The notes: generated by a model not told the origin, from the letters alone. 64,000 nucleotides of DNA from Nitrospirota bacterium (GCA_040754455.1 JBFMCP010000003.1:1-64000); one strand, 5' to 3'. Shown: positions 20,154-29,527, counted from the stretch's first letter. Program-made: numbers and translations.

Positions 20154-21302
20154 ATGATGCATCATAAAAAATCGCTCAAATCCCTCGCCGGCAAGCTCAT
20201 CTTCGCTATCGGCAGCCTGATGCTGGTCGTGGGATTGCTCTTTGCCTACACGTTCAACAAGCAGTACCCTAATGTCCCTCTGACCGAAGTCCTCTTTTAC
20301 GGCGGCCCCTTTGTCATCGTCATCTCTTTTGTGCTCTGCCTTATCCTCTACAATTTGGTCACCAAGCCCATCTCCTACCTGGTCGACGGCATGGATAAAT
20401 TATCAAAGGGGAACATGGATTTCCGCATCAACCTGCATACCAACGACGAAATAGGCATGCTGGCGCGCTCCTTTGATGCCATGGCAGAGGAATTGAAAGA
20501 GTACCGGGAAAAGATGGAGAACTGGACCAAAGACCTCGAAGAGGAAGTCAAGAAAAAGACCGAGGAAATCTACAAAGCGCAGGAGCAGCTGATCAATACA
20601 GAAAAACTCGCCTCCCTGGGCAGGATGGCTGCCGGTGTCGCCCATGAGATCAACAGCCCGCTTACCGGGATCGTAACCTTCGCGCATCTGATGCTGAAGC
20701 GCACCCCCCCCGAGAACAAACAGGACATCGAAGACCTGAACATCATCATTGATCAGGCGGAACGGTGCTCGAAGATCATCAAGGGGCTCCTCGGCTTTTC
20801 GAGGAAAACGGCCTCTGAAAAGAGCACTATAAGCCTCAATACGCTTATTGAGAATACCGTTGCCATGGTCCGCAACCAGGCAAAGTTCTACAATATCGTT
20901 TTCGATATCAAGCTCGACAAATCCCTCCCCGATGTCAGTGTCGATCCGAATCAGATTCAGCAGGTCTTTCTCAATCTGCTGATCAATGCTGCTGATGCCA
21001 TGGATAAGAAAGGGAGCATCGCCATCGCATCGCGGATGGTAGAGGTCGATGGCGATAAGTTCGTCGAAATGGAATTCACCGATTCGGGGCACGGCATACC
21101 CGAAGAGATACAGGGCAAGATCTTCGAGCCCTTCTTCACCACAAAGCCGACCGGCAAGGGCACCGGTCTCGGTCTTGCGGTGAGTTACGGCATCATAAAG
21201 AAGCATGGAGGGAATATCCTGGTGAAGAGCACCCCGGGACAGGGGGCGAGCTTTTTCATACGCCTGCCCGCCGCGGCAGAGGGCCTGGCGAAAACATCAT
21301 AG
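20154..21302 (+). CDS. HAMP histidine kinase lacking a periplasmic domain
   Basis: Two TMs with a short loop, [20 protein letters not shown]; likely start ATG 20154. Confidence 0.88.
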   Translation: MMHHKKSLKSLAGKLIFAIGSLMLVVGLLFAYTFNKQYPNVPLTEVLFYGGPFVIVISFVLCLILYNLVTKPISYLVDGMDKLSKGNMDFRINLHTNDEIGMLARSFDAMAEELKEYREKMENWTKDLEEEVKKKTEEIYKAQEQLINTEKLASLGRMAAGVAHEINSPLTGIVTFAHLMLKRTPPENKQDIEDLNIIIDQAERCSKIIKGLLGFSRKTASEKSTISLNTLIENTVAMVRNQAKFYNIVFDIKLDKSLPDVSVDPNQIQQVFLNLLINAADAMDKKGSIAIASRMVEVDGDKFVEMEFTDSGHGIPEEIQGKIFEPFFTTKPTGKGTGLGLAVSYGIIKKHGGNILVKSTPGQGASFFIRLPAAAEGLAKTS

Positions 21303-21342
21303 GATGCTGTAAGCACGGAGTGAGGAACTGCAAGGAGGAGTA

Positions 21343-21789
21343 ATGCTTACGGTCGATCCCATCGAAGGGTGCTTCCAACTCATGGGTGGGGACTTTACCA
21401 ACGCCGGCGCTGCCTCAAGCGAGTTGAAGAGCACGCTCACCAAGCTCGGCGTGGTATCGAATATCGTCCGAAGGGTCGCCATAGCGGCCTTCGAAGCTGA
21501 GATGAATGTGATCATCCATGCAGTCGCGGGGACCATGCACTATACGATCACCCCGGCGATGGTAAAAGTGGTGGTCACCGATATGGGACCGGGCATCGAG
21601 GATATCGATCTCGCCATGCAGGAGGGATATTCGACCGCACCCGACTGGGTGCGGGAGATGGGATGGGGAGCAGGCATGGGCCTCCCCAACATCAAGAAGA
21701 ATGCCGATATGTTCAAGCTCGATTCCGTCGTCGGTGAGGGGACAACGCTCGAAATCACTATTTATATAAGGGAAGATGATGAAGGTTAA
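21343..21789 (+). CDS. RsbT-like anti-sigma factor / Ser-Thr kinase
   Basis: DFTNAGAASS, FEAEMNVIIHA, DMGPGIEDIDLAMQEGYST, GAGMGLPN. Confidence 0.88.
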   Translation: MLTVDPIEGCFQLMGGDFTNAGAASSELKSTLTKLGVVSNIVRRVAIAAFEAEMNVIIHAVAGTMHYTITPAMVKVVVTDMGPGIEDIDLAMQEGYSTAPDWVREMGWGAGMGLPNIKKNADMFKLDSVVGEGTTLEITIYIREDDEG

Positions 21790-22114
21790 TGACATTGCCG
21801 AAAAAATCGGATTAGCCGTAACCGTTGCAGGCGACCTGCAGAAAAAGGTGACGGATTGCTATATCAGCGATCTCCTCTCAGATGTCATGGCGCACAGCAA
21901 AGAGGGGGCGCTCTGGGTAACGCTCCAGACGCATCCCAATACCGTTGCTGTCGCAGTGATCAAGGGCATCTCCGGAATCGTTATCACCAATGGCAGGCAA
22001 CCCGAACCCGAGACGATCAAAAAGGCAGAAGCAGAACAGGTGACCATCATGACGAGCCCCCAGACCACCTTCGAGATTGCCGGGCAGGTGTATCAGATAC
22101 TCAGAAAAAGCTAG
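21776..22114 (+). CDS. DRTGG-domain protein
   Basis: YISDLLSDVMA, WVTLQTHPN, TTFEIAG. Confidence 0.85.
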   Translation: MMKVNDIAEKIGLAVTVAGDLQKKVTDCYISDLLSDVMAHSKEGALWVTLQTHPNTVAVAVIKGISGIVITNGRQPEPETIKKAEAEQVTIMTSPQTTFEIAGQVYQILRKS

Positions 22115-22169
22115 CGCCCCTTTTTCGTCCAATGCATCCCGGAATCACCGGCGGAGGACTGATGTTCTG

Positions 22170-22910
22170 ATGAAACGATGCATCGCCGATCTGCACATCC
22201 ACACCTGTCTTTCTCCCTGTGCCGAGGTCGACATGACTCCCCGCCGTATCGTTGAGAAGGCGCGGGCACAGGGACTGGACATCATAGCCCTTTCCGATCA
22301 CAACTCCGCTGAAAATATCCAGCTCGCACTGGATCTGGCAAAGGAGGAAAATATCACCGTGCTCCCCGCCATGGAGGTGACCTCCCGTGAGGAAGCGCAT
22401 GTCCTCGCACTCTTCAGGAGCGCAGAGAGCGCGACGGCCATGCAGGAGATCGTCTACCGGGCATTGCCCGCAGGAGTCCATGACGAACAGGCCGTGGGGT
22501 ATCAACTGATCGTGAATGAGCGTGACGAGATCATGGAATTCAACAAACGACTTTTGTTCTCCGCGACCGGACTCACCGCCAGAGAGATCATTGACGCTAT
22601 CCACGCCCTCGGCGGACTTGCCATTGCCTGCCATATCGACCGGGAGCATTTCAGCGTTGTTTCCCAGCTTGGCTTCATCTCCGACGATCTTTCCTTCGAT
22701 GCCCTCGAGATATCGCGGGCCACAGGGATGGACAGGGCCCGCTCGCTGTTTTCAGCATACGCCTCTTTCCCCTGGATCACGTCATCAGACGCGCATCAGC
22801 TTGCCGATATCGGTAGCAGGACCACCGCTTTTTTTCTCAATGAACCATCATTTGAGGAAATCGCGCTGGCGTTTAAAGGTGAAAGGAAAATAGAGTGGAA
22901 CCAAGGGTAA
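22170..22910 (+). CDS. PHP-domain phosphoesterase
   Basis: ADLHIHTCLSPCA, SDHNS, HIDR, SSDAH. Confidence 0.9.
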   Translation: MKRCIADLHIHTCLSPCAEVDMTPRRIVEKARAQGLDIIALSDHNSAENIQLALDLAKEENITVLPAMEVTSREEAHVLALFRSAESATAMQEIVYRALPAGVHDEQAVGYQLIVNERDEIMEFNKRLLFSATGLTAREIIDAIHALGGLAIACHIDREHFSVVSQLGFISDDLSFDALEISRATGMDRARSLFSAYASFPWITSSDAHQLADIGSRTTAFFLNEPSFEEIALAFKGERKIEWNQG

Positions 22911-22913
22911 CCC

Positions 22914-23009
22914 CTAAATCCGAATCACGAAATCCTAAACAATTGATGCCCCATGCCGTTTTGAGCATTTGAGTTTGTTTAGAATTTTGATATTAGGATT
23001 TCGGATTTG
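22914..23009. repeat. Heptamer-repeat palindromic element (same family as 10325-10442)
   Basis: Units ctaaatc/cgaatca/cgaaatc/ctaaaca against gtttaga/attttga/tattagg/atttcgg. Confidence 0.72.
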
Positions 23010-23020
23010 ATTCATGTGAT

Positions 23021-23557
23021 ATGGAAGATCTGTCCCTACATATTCTCGATATCGCCGAAAACTCCATCGATGCGGGCGCCGGCAGGATCGAAATAGGCAT
23101 CACCGAAGATGAAGCATGCAATCTTTTTACTCTCATCATAAAAGATGACGGCAGGGGGATGGATGCCGAGACCATCGCGAAAATCAGAGATCCCTTCTTT
23201 ACCACAAAGAGCGTCAGGAGATTCGGCCTCGGCATCCCGCTCCTCGCACAGGCGGCGAAAGAGTGCAACGGCCGGTTCCTGATCACTTCAGCGCCGGGAG
23301 GGGGAACAACGGTTACCGCTGAATTCGAGCTGGACCATATCGACCGCAAACCACTGGGTGATATCGGCACTACCATGATGGTGCTCATCGCCGGGCACCC
23401 TGAGATCACGTTCATCTTTAGCTATGAAAAACATGGACTTTCCTATACCTTCGACAGCAGTGTCGTTAGCAGGGAGCTGGAAGGGATACCTATTAACCTG
23501 CCAGATGTTTTACAATTAATAAGGGATGATATAAATGAAGGTGTAAGGGGGAATTAA
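23021..23557 (+). CDS. Stand-alone HATPase_c protein
   Basis: EDLSLHILDIAENSI, DDGRGM, DPFFTT, GLGIPLL, HIDRKPLGD; no H-box dimerisation domain. Confidence 0.88.
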   Translation: MEDLSLHILDIAENSIDAGAGRIEIGITEDEACNLFTLIIKDDGRGMDAETIAKIRDPFFTTKSVRRFGLGIPLLAQAAKECNGRFLITSAPGGGTTVTAEFELDHIDRKPLGDIGTTMMVLIAGHPEITFIFSYEKHGLSYTFDSSVVSRELEGIPINLPDVLQLIRDDINEGVRGN

Positions 23558-23562
23558 TACCA

Positions 23563-23922
23563 ATGGTACGCATTCTGGTTATCGATGACGAAGATATCGT
23601 ACGGGTGTGCTGCAAGAGAACGCTTGAGCTCGAGGGGTATGAGGTGCATATCGCGAAATCCGGCAGCGAGGGATTCGAATTCCTGAAAAAGGGCACCTAT
23701 GATCTTCTCTTGATCGACCTGAAAATGCCCGGCATGGACGGTCTGGAGATGCTCCACACTATAAAGATGATACGTCCTGAGCAAAACGTCATGATCATGT
23801 CTGGCTACGACACGATCGAAAATGTGGTCGAAGCCCTCTCCTCCGGGGCAGCCCACTATCTCGAAAAACCCTTTACTCCTGAAATGCTGATCAACAGAAT
23901 AAAAGAGGTGCTTGAATCGTGA
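23563..23922 (+). CDS. Single-domain response regulator
   Basis: ILVIDDE, DLKMPGMDG, YLEKPF. Confidence 0.9.
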   Translation: MVRILVIDDEDIVRVCCKRTLELEGYEVHIAKSGSEGFEFLKKGTYDLLLIDLKMPGMDGLEMLHTIKMIRPEQNVMIMSGYDTIENVVEALSSGAAHYLEKPFTPEMLINRIKEVLES

Positions 23923-25325
23923 CCGTGGTTACCCCTCAAATCCTTATCGTTGACGATGAGGAAATCATAAGGACAAGTTGTATGAAAATCCTTGGGCCCG
24001 AAGGGTACTGCCTCGAGACCGCTGCCGACGGCACCGAAGCATTAAAAAGGCTCCAGAACAATGGAGCCTTTGACCTGGTCCTCACCGATCTCATGATGCC
24101 TGACATGACAGGGATCGACCTCCTCAAGAAGATCAAGGAGGAACAGCCCGAAACCGAAGTCATCGTTATTACCGGCTACGGAACTGTCAAGACCGCAATC
24201 GACGCATTGAAATACGGCGCCTATGACTTCATCGAAAAGCCCTTTACTCCCGAAGTGCTGCTCAACGCTGTTGCACGGTGCCTTGAACGGAAGCGCCTGT
24301 TGCTGGAAAATGTGAAGCTCAAACAGGAAATCAATGCCTTGTACAGTCTTGAAAATGTCATCGGCATCTCAAAGGAGATGCAAAAAGTTTTCACCCTCGT
24401 CGCCACTGTTGCTCCCACCGGCAGCACCGTGCTCATCACCGGAGAGAGCGGCACCGGCAAAGAGCTTATAGCGAGGGCAATTCATTACAACAGTGCCCGC
24501 CGGGAGCAGCCCTTCGTGGTCGTCGATTGCGGCACTATCCCTGAAAACCTGATGGAATCAGAGTTGTTCGGCCACACCAGAGGCTCCTATACCGGTGCGG
24601 TAACGACGGAAAAAGGCCTCCTCGAATCGGCAAACGGCGGCACCCTTTTCCTCGACGAGATCAGCAACCTCCCCCTCTCCATGCAGTCAAAACTGTTGCG
24701 GGTGCTCCAGGAACGGGAGCTCAGGGCAGTAGGGGGCAGAAAGATGCTCAAAGTCGATATTAGGTTCATTGCCGCTACGAACAGGGACCTGTCGGAAATG
24801 GTGAAGGAAGGAACCTTCAGAGAGGATTTCTTCTACCGGCTGAATGTATTCCCGATCCATATACCGCCGCTCAGAAACAGAAAGGACGACATCCCTCCCC
24901 TCGCCTATCACTTTCTGCATAAATACGGCAAGGATATCGGAAAAGGCATTGCCCATATCTCGACTGATGCAATGCGCCGACTCATCACCTACGATTGGCC
25001 CGGCAATGTACGGGAGATCGAAAATGTCATCCATCGGGCCGTCATCGTCTGCAACGGCAACACCCTAAAGCCGGAGCACATTATACTGCCGCTCGAGCAG
25101 GAGACCGATATCCCCAAAACCCTGGACGAGCTGAAAAAAAGGAAGAAAGATTTACGGTTGAAGTCCATCGAGGAGATTGAGCGGAGCTTCCTCGTCTCTG
25201 CGCTGCAGCGCAACAGCTGGAATATAAGCAGGGCAGCGCGGGATGTCGGCATGCAGCGGACCAACTTCCATACGCTGCTTAAAAAATACAGTATTGTGAA
25301 AGACAAGGGCAACGGACAGCAATAA
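23919..25325 (+). CDS. Sigma54-dependent response regulator (NtrC family)
   Basis: REC domain, GESGTGKEL, ESELFGH, GSYTGA, WPGNVRE, Fis-type HTH. Confidence 0.93.
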   Translation: MTVVTPQILIVDDEEIIRTSCMKILGPEGYCLETAADGTEALKRLQNNGAFDLVLTDLMMPDMTGIDLLKKIKEEQPETEVIVITGYGTVKTAIDALKYGAYDFIEKPFTPEVLLNAVARCLERKRLLLENVKLKQEINALYSLENVIGISKEMQKVFTLVATVAPTGSTVLITGESGTGKELIARAIHYNSARREQPFVVVDCGTIPENLMESELFGHTRGSYTGAVTTEKGLLESANGGTLFLDEISNLPLSMQSKLLRVLQERELRAVGGRKMLKVDIRFIAATNRDLSEMVKEGTFREDFFYRLNVFPIHIPPLRNRKDDIPPLAYHFLHKYGKDIGKGIAHISTDAMRRLITYDWPGNVREIENVIHRAVIVCNGNTLKPEHIILPLEQETDIPKTLDELKKRKKDLRLKSIEEIERSFLVSALQRNSWNISRAARDVGMQRTNFHTLLKKYSIVKDKGNGQQ

Positions 25326-25387
25326 ATGACCTGAGGATTTTTTCGCTTCCCCCTGTCGCGTGTATTTCTGTAATGAGATAAAAGTCT

Positions 25388-25582
25388 ATGAGGCATTGTC
25401 GGATCGACTGCTTTAAATGCAGACATTTTCATATCACCTGGGACAAAAACTTTCCCTACGGGTGCAGGGCCCTCGGATTTAAAACGAGAGCCATGCCTTC
25501 TGCCGATGTATCCCGGGCCTCAGGCACCCACTGTCTGAGCTTTACGAAGAAAGACATTCCCGCCAACAAGGCACCGCGTTAA
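25388..25582 (+). CDS. Small Cys-rich conserved protein (family often labelled 'uracil-DNA glycosylase')
   Basis: CFKCRHFHITWD...PYGC...GFK...PS...C pattern. Confidence 0.65.
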   Translation: MRHCRIDCFKCRHFHITWDKNFPYGCRALGFKTRAMPSADVSRASGTHCLSFTKKDIPANKAPR

Positions 25583-25594
25583 ACAGAGTCGGAG

Positions 25595-25957
25595 TTATTG
25601 GCAGCGTTTTTTTCTTTTCCCGAGATACATCCAGATATTGAATCCGCAGAGTATGAGGGTCGCAATGAAGATAACGGTAGGGGTAACATCGAGATAGATG
25701 AGCTTTTCCGCATAGTAAATGATGAACGACCCTGTGTAGGCGAGGGAGGGAGCGTGCTTCATCCGGAGCCAGACTTCGAGATGGGTAAGCGGGCAGTACC
25801 AGCCGAAGAGCTGCATCATTATAGCAAAGGCAAGCCCCCCGAGATGCACAACCCTCACCATTTTGTGCTTCACTCCCCAAATAGCGCCGAAAAAGAGGAA
25901 GAGAATCCAGCAGAAATGGATGAGGACAACGATATCGGCAAGGATTTTATATATCAT
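25595..25957 (-). CDS. DUF2784-family membrane protein
   Basis: LADIVVLIHF, WYCPLTHLEVWLR, SFIIYYAEKLIY. Confidence 0.85.
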   Translation of the reverse strand: MIYKILADIVVLIHFCWILFLFFGAIWGVKHKMVRVVHLGGLAFAIMMQLFGWYCPLTHLEVWLRMKHAPSLAYTGSFIIYYAEKLIYLDVTPTVIFIATLILCGFNIWMYLGKRKKRCQ

Positions 25958-26064
25958 GTGAGATCGCGCTGCTCTTGATTAAATAATAGGGCCGGATCTA
26001 CCCTGTGGCAATAGAAATTTTCGGATATCATCTTGTATTAGTCGAAGCCATTCTGCTGCCCTCC

Positions 26065-26102
26065 AAAAAAAACAAAACGGAAGCAGATTGCCCTGCTTCC
26101 GT
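26065..26102 (-). terminator. Rho-independent terminator of the dsbC-like gene
   Basis: ACGGAAGCAG/CTGCTTCCGT stem followed by a T-run on the minus strand. Confidence 0.75.
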
Positions 26103-26124
26103 AAAAAATACCGAAGAACGTCCG

Positions 26125-26892
26125 TTATTTTTTATCAATCATTTCCTTTATTCTGCCCGCCTCGATATAGCCCGGCACAACCACCCCGTCGGGGAAGATC
26201 AATGCCGGCGTGCCGGTGATGTTCAGCTTCCTTGCAAGCTGAATATTCTCATCAATTGCCGTTGTCTCACATTTCGCCGGCGACATGGGCCTTTTATTGT
26301 AGGCATCTTCGAGAAGTTCCAGCGATTTCTCACATACGACCGCTTTTGATTTTCCGTAAGCATCTTTATGCATGGGAAGGGGGAAGAGCTTGATGTAAAA
26401 TGCGATATCTTTCCTCTCTGCGACCACCTTCTTCATCTCCTGATGAAGTTTCACGCAGTAGGGTCAATCAGGGTCGCTGAAGACGATGATTTTATGCTTT
26501 GCGTCCTTATCGCCCATCACCAGGGCGTCTTTCAGAGGAATCGATGCGACATCGACCTTGTTGATCTCCTGAAAGCGCTCCTGGGTGAGGTTCTTCTTTG
26601 CCTTTATATCGACAATAGACCCCGAGAAGAGATGCTTCTTCGAATAATCGACATACATGACGCCCTTTTGCCCGCCTGCCTCAATGGCCACCTCCCAGGC
26701 AGCCTTCATCGGGCTCTGCCTGACATCGAGCACCTTGAGGTTCGGCACGAGTTCCTTAAGCAGTGCCTCCGCCTCCTCTTTCTTGAGCGTATGGCACTTC
26801 GAGCAGTCCTGCCCCTTGGTCGCGAAGCCGTATGAATACGTCACCGGAGAAAATACAAATGCGGCAATGAGAAATAACAAAACCTTTCGCAT
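26125..26892 (-). CDS. Exported DsbC/DsbG-like thiol:disulfide isomerase; selenoprotein (UPYC) with N-terminal CxxCH
   Basis: ORFs 26464-26892 and 26125-26454 share a frame, joined by TGA at 26464-26466 in FSDPD-U-PYC. Also signal peptide, CSKCH, and the cis-Pro motif ITGTPALIFPDG. Confidence 0.88.
26431..26448 (-). promoter_or_regulatory. Putative bacterial SECIS element (dsbC-like gene)
   Basis: CUUCAUC-AGGA-GAUGAAG hairpin beginning 15 nt after the UGA. Confidence 0.75.
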
Positions 26893-27004
26893 CTACTCAC
26901 CTCCTTTCACTTTCATCAATACTACCACAAAAAGCTTGAATTCACAAATAAAACAGCGAGCAAGTCACGGAAGAGATCAGCGGAACGATCATCTCCTGCT
27001 TCAG

Positions 27005-27075
27005 CTGGGGAGAGAGGAATCGAACCTCTATAAGCAGATCCAAAATCTGCTGTCCTGCCTTTAGACGACTCCCCA
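27005..27075 (-). tRNA. tRNA-Gln(UUG), CCA not encoded
   Basis: TGGGGAG/CTCCCCA acceptor stem, GCAGA-TTTTGGA-TCTGC anticodon arm, AGAGG-TTCGATT-CCTCT T-arm. Confidence 0.93.
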
Positions 27076-27085
27076 ATATCAGCCA

Positions 27086-27155
27086 TGCGTAATGAGCTAA
27101 ATATCTCTACCGATAAAAGCTTTTGCTGATCACCCATTACTCATTACGCGTCACT
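27086..27155. repeat. Degenerate heptamer-repeat inverted repeat
   Basis: GCGTAATGAG...CTCATTACGC arms; units cattact/cattacg/cgtcact. Confidence 0.5.
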
Positions 27156-27323
27156 ATTTATACCATTGCATGCCTCCGGGGAAAATGCAACAGCAAAAGC
27201 CTGTAAATACAATAAAAACGTATGACATATCACCTGCAAAAATGCTATAATGGTTACTAATAAAACGACAGAAGCAGCACCTGAATACTTTCTCGTTGAG
27301 CCGTACTTATTCTTTTTTTCGAG

Positions 27324-28124
27324 GTGGTAATGAGAAGATCGTTCACATGTGCAGTTGCTGTGCTCTTTATCTCCACATTGACGGTCACTTCATTTGCCGC
27401 TGATGATCTCCATACGCTTAAGAAAAATCAATCCATCGGCAAGATCTATGAACGGACCATCGAATTCTTCACCAAAAAGATTCCCCAGGCCTTCGAGGAA
27501 AAACTCGCCAATGCCTATCAATACCTCGATATCATCATCGACGTCTTCGATGAAAAGGGAATACCTTCCGACATCGCCTATCTTCCCCTGATCGAAAGCG
27601 GGTTCTCCCCTGCTGCCGTCGGGTCGGGAGATGCAGTAGGGTTATGGCAATTTGTGAAAACGACAGGAAAGAGGTACGGGCTCCGCATCGACAGGTATGT
27701 CGATGAACGGAAAGACCCTGTAAAATCGACGCACGCAGCTGCACGCTATCTGAAAGATCTCTACGGCATGTTCGGCACCTGGGATCTCGCACTCGCCGCA
27801 TATAATGCAGGAGAGGGAAAGGTAAAAAATATCTACAAAAGCAAATCAGCAAATCTTCCGGATGTCATCAACCGTTATCTGGCCAAGCTTATCGCTGTTG
27901 CGACAATCGCCCGTGATCCCGAGCGCTACGGGCTCAAGTCCCTCGATGAAATAGAGTACGAGCTTGTCGAGCACCGGGAGATTGTAACCGACAAGGTCAC
28001 CGCCTTAAAGGCCCTGGCCGATCAATACAAAACCTCGGTCAAGCTCATAAAGGAATTGAATCCCGCTCTGCTCACCGAATATACTCCCCCCTACCCTTAT
28101 AAGATAAGGTTGCCAAACCCCTAA
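27324..28124 (+). CDS. Lytic transglycosylase (short MltD-like paralog)
   Basis: PLIESGF, AVGLWQF, DERKDPVKST, LAAYNAGEG; signal peptide. Confidence 0.88.
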   Translation: MVMRRSFTCAVAVLFISTLTVTSFAADDLHTLKKNQSIGKIYERTIEFFTKKIPQAFEEKLANAYQYLDIIIDVFDEKGIPSDIAYLPLIESGFSPAAVGSGDAVGLWQFVKTTGKRYGLRIDRYVDERKDPVKSTHAAARYLKDLYGMFGTWDLALAAYNAGEGKVKNIYKSKSANLPDVINRYLAKLIAVATIARDPERYGLKSLDEIEYELVEHREIVTDKVTALKALADQYKTSVKLIKELNPALLTEYTPPYPYKIRLPNP

Positions 28125-28133
28125 CTATCATTT

Positions 28134-28721
28134 ATGAGCAGAGCTGCCACAAGATTGTTTGTGATCCCCGGCGCACTTTGCGCCATTTTATTCGTGCTCC
28201 TCTACGGATGTGCTGCAAAAAGGGAATCAGCGCGGCACAACAATGCGATTCAGGATTACAGGAATATATTCGTCACTCCCTTCATCTGTCCCGATCAAGA
28301 AGCAGGGAAAATAGTATCCGATAAAATTGCCCGGAAATTCGAATATAAAGGCTTCAGCGTACTGAGGCTGAACAAACCAAAGGGAATCGCAAAGCGGGAC
28401 AAAGAGAGCGCCGGGGATTTACAAGAGCCCGACAACAAGATGCTGGCATCCCGGGGAGTGGCCGCACTTGTCGTCGGCTCCACGACGAAGTACGGATGTC
28501 AGCCAAAAAAAGAGTGGGTCTGGACAGGCTATGCGCCCAAACAGCTCTCAATCAACGCATGCACTGCTTCAGTGGCTTTGAAACTGGTCGACATCCATTC
28601 CGGCACAATACTATGGGAAGCTGAGGCTTCTCATTCAGAAACAGCGGCGGGCATGACAGAGCGGATAGCCCTTGAATGGGCACTGGCGAAAATAGGAGAG
28701 AAGATCCCGACGCTTAAATAG
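28134..28721 (+). CDS. Putative lipoprotein
   Basis: Lipobox LLYG-C; C-terminal LKLVDIHSGTILW strand typical of CsgG/LpoB-like folds. Confidence 0.65.
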   Translation: MSRAATRLFVIPGALCAILFVLLYGCAAKRESARHNNAIQDYRNIFVTPFICPDQEAGKIVSDKIARKFEYKGFSVLRLNKPKGIAKRDKESAGDLQEPDNKMLASRGVAALVVGSTTKYGCQPKKEWVWTGYAPKQLSINACTASVALKLVDIHSGTILWEAEASHSETAAGMTERIALEWALAKIGEKIPTLK

Positions 28722-28727
28722 CCGTCT

Positions 28728-29222
28728 TCACCGCACCGGCATATACGCGTACCCCTTATTCTGCAGCGCCGCGATATTCGCGAGCACGTTTTCCCCGATT
28801 CTGACAAAAGGGAGAAGGGCGCTCTCCTCGATCTTTCCCTGTTTCAGGGATATCTTACAGGTCATGAAGACCACACCGCTTGTATGCAGCTCTTTCATCT
28901 TTTCCTGGATATCCGACAGGTTCTCGATCTTTTCTCCGGCATGGCGTGTACCACCCAGGGTCTTCGCAGCGAATTTTGCCGCAGGCCCGTTAAGGGCGAC
29001 AACAAATATCGGGCGCACGCCCCGCTTCCTGAGCGTGTCGGCAGTGTGCTTTATAAGGGCAAGTTTGTTCTCAAATAATTCGCCGTTATCAACGGTAACG
29101 TCCCACACGGCCTTCACTCGTTTGAGGCCGTCGAAGTCTCCTGCCCGGACCGCAATAGGATGGAAAAGCAGAACGATAGAGAGAATGCAAAAAAGCGGCA
29201 TCATCATTTTGTATTTTTTCAT
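28728..29222 (-). CDS. Exported DsrE-family protein
   Basis: KAVWDV, VVALNGPAAKF, FMTCKISL, LQNKGYAYMP; signal peptide; SD GGAGG before ATG 29222. Confidence 0.75.
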   Translation of the reverse strand: MKKYKMMMPLFCILSIVLLFHPIAVRAGDFDGLKRVKAVWDVTVDNGELFENKLALIKHTADTLRKRGVRPIFVVALNGPAAKFAAKTLGGTRHAGEKIENLSDIQEKMKELHTSGVVFMTCKISLKQGKIEESALLPFVRIGENVLANIAALQNKGYAYMPVR

Positions 29223-29267
29223 GGACGCCTCCCTGGAGAAATGCATCGGGTTCCTTTATAAACTTTA

Positions 29268-29505
29268 TCAGATATCGGGCAGGCAGGCAAACGAGAGGGA
29301 CAGCGTAACGCTCCTGATGATCTTCAGCGGCATCCGTGTTGCAGGGCTCTGAATGAGCGAGAACATATCGATCCATTCATTGATGCCGCGCAGCGCGCCG
29401 AAGAGAGCGACAAGCCACAGGTCGGTAGCAAGCTTGAATTCACTATCCTTTTTGGGATAATGAAACATAGTCAATCCCAGAATAAAAAAATAGAAGAATC
29501 ATAGG
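29268..29505 (-). pseudogene. Remnant of a membrane sensor N-terminal domain
   Basis: FFILGLTMFHYPKKDSEFKLATDLWLVALFGALRGINEWIDMF resembles TM input domains of kinases/cyclases; truncated, with no output domain. Confidence 0.5.
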
Positions 29506-29527
29506 GCTGTACTTCTATTGTACCGTT

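Noticed and set aside
24582..24599. GSYTGA instead of GAFTGA as a sign of an inactive activator
   Set aside because: Tyr and Ser variants occur in functional sigma54 activators, and the other AAA+ motifs are intact.
25388..25582. Uracil-DNA glycosylase function
   Set aside because: 64 aa is too short and no UDG catalytic motifs are present; likely a small metal-binding protein.
26464..26466. dsbC-like gene (and likewise mvhD at 53603) as nonsense pseudogenes
   Set aside because: Both stops are TGA at conserved Cys positions with SECIS-like hairpins and intact downstream frames.
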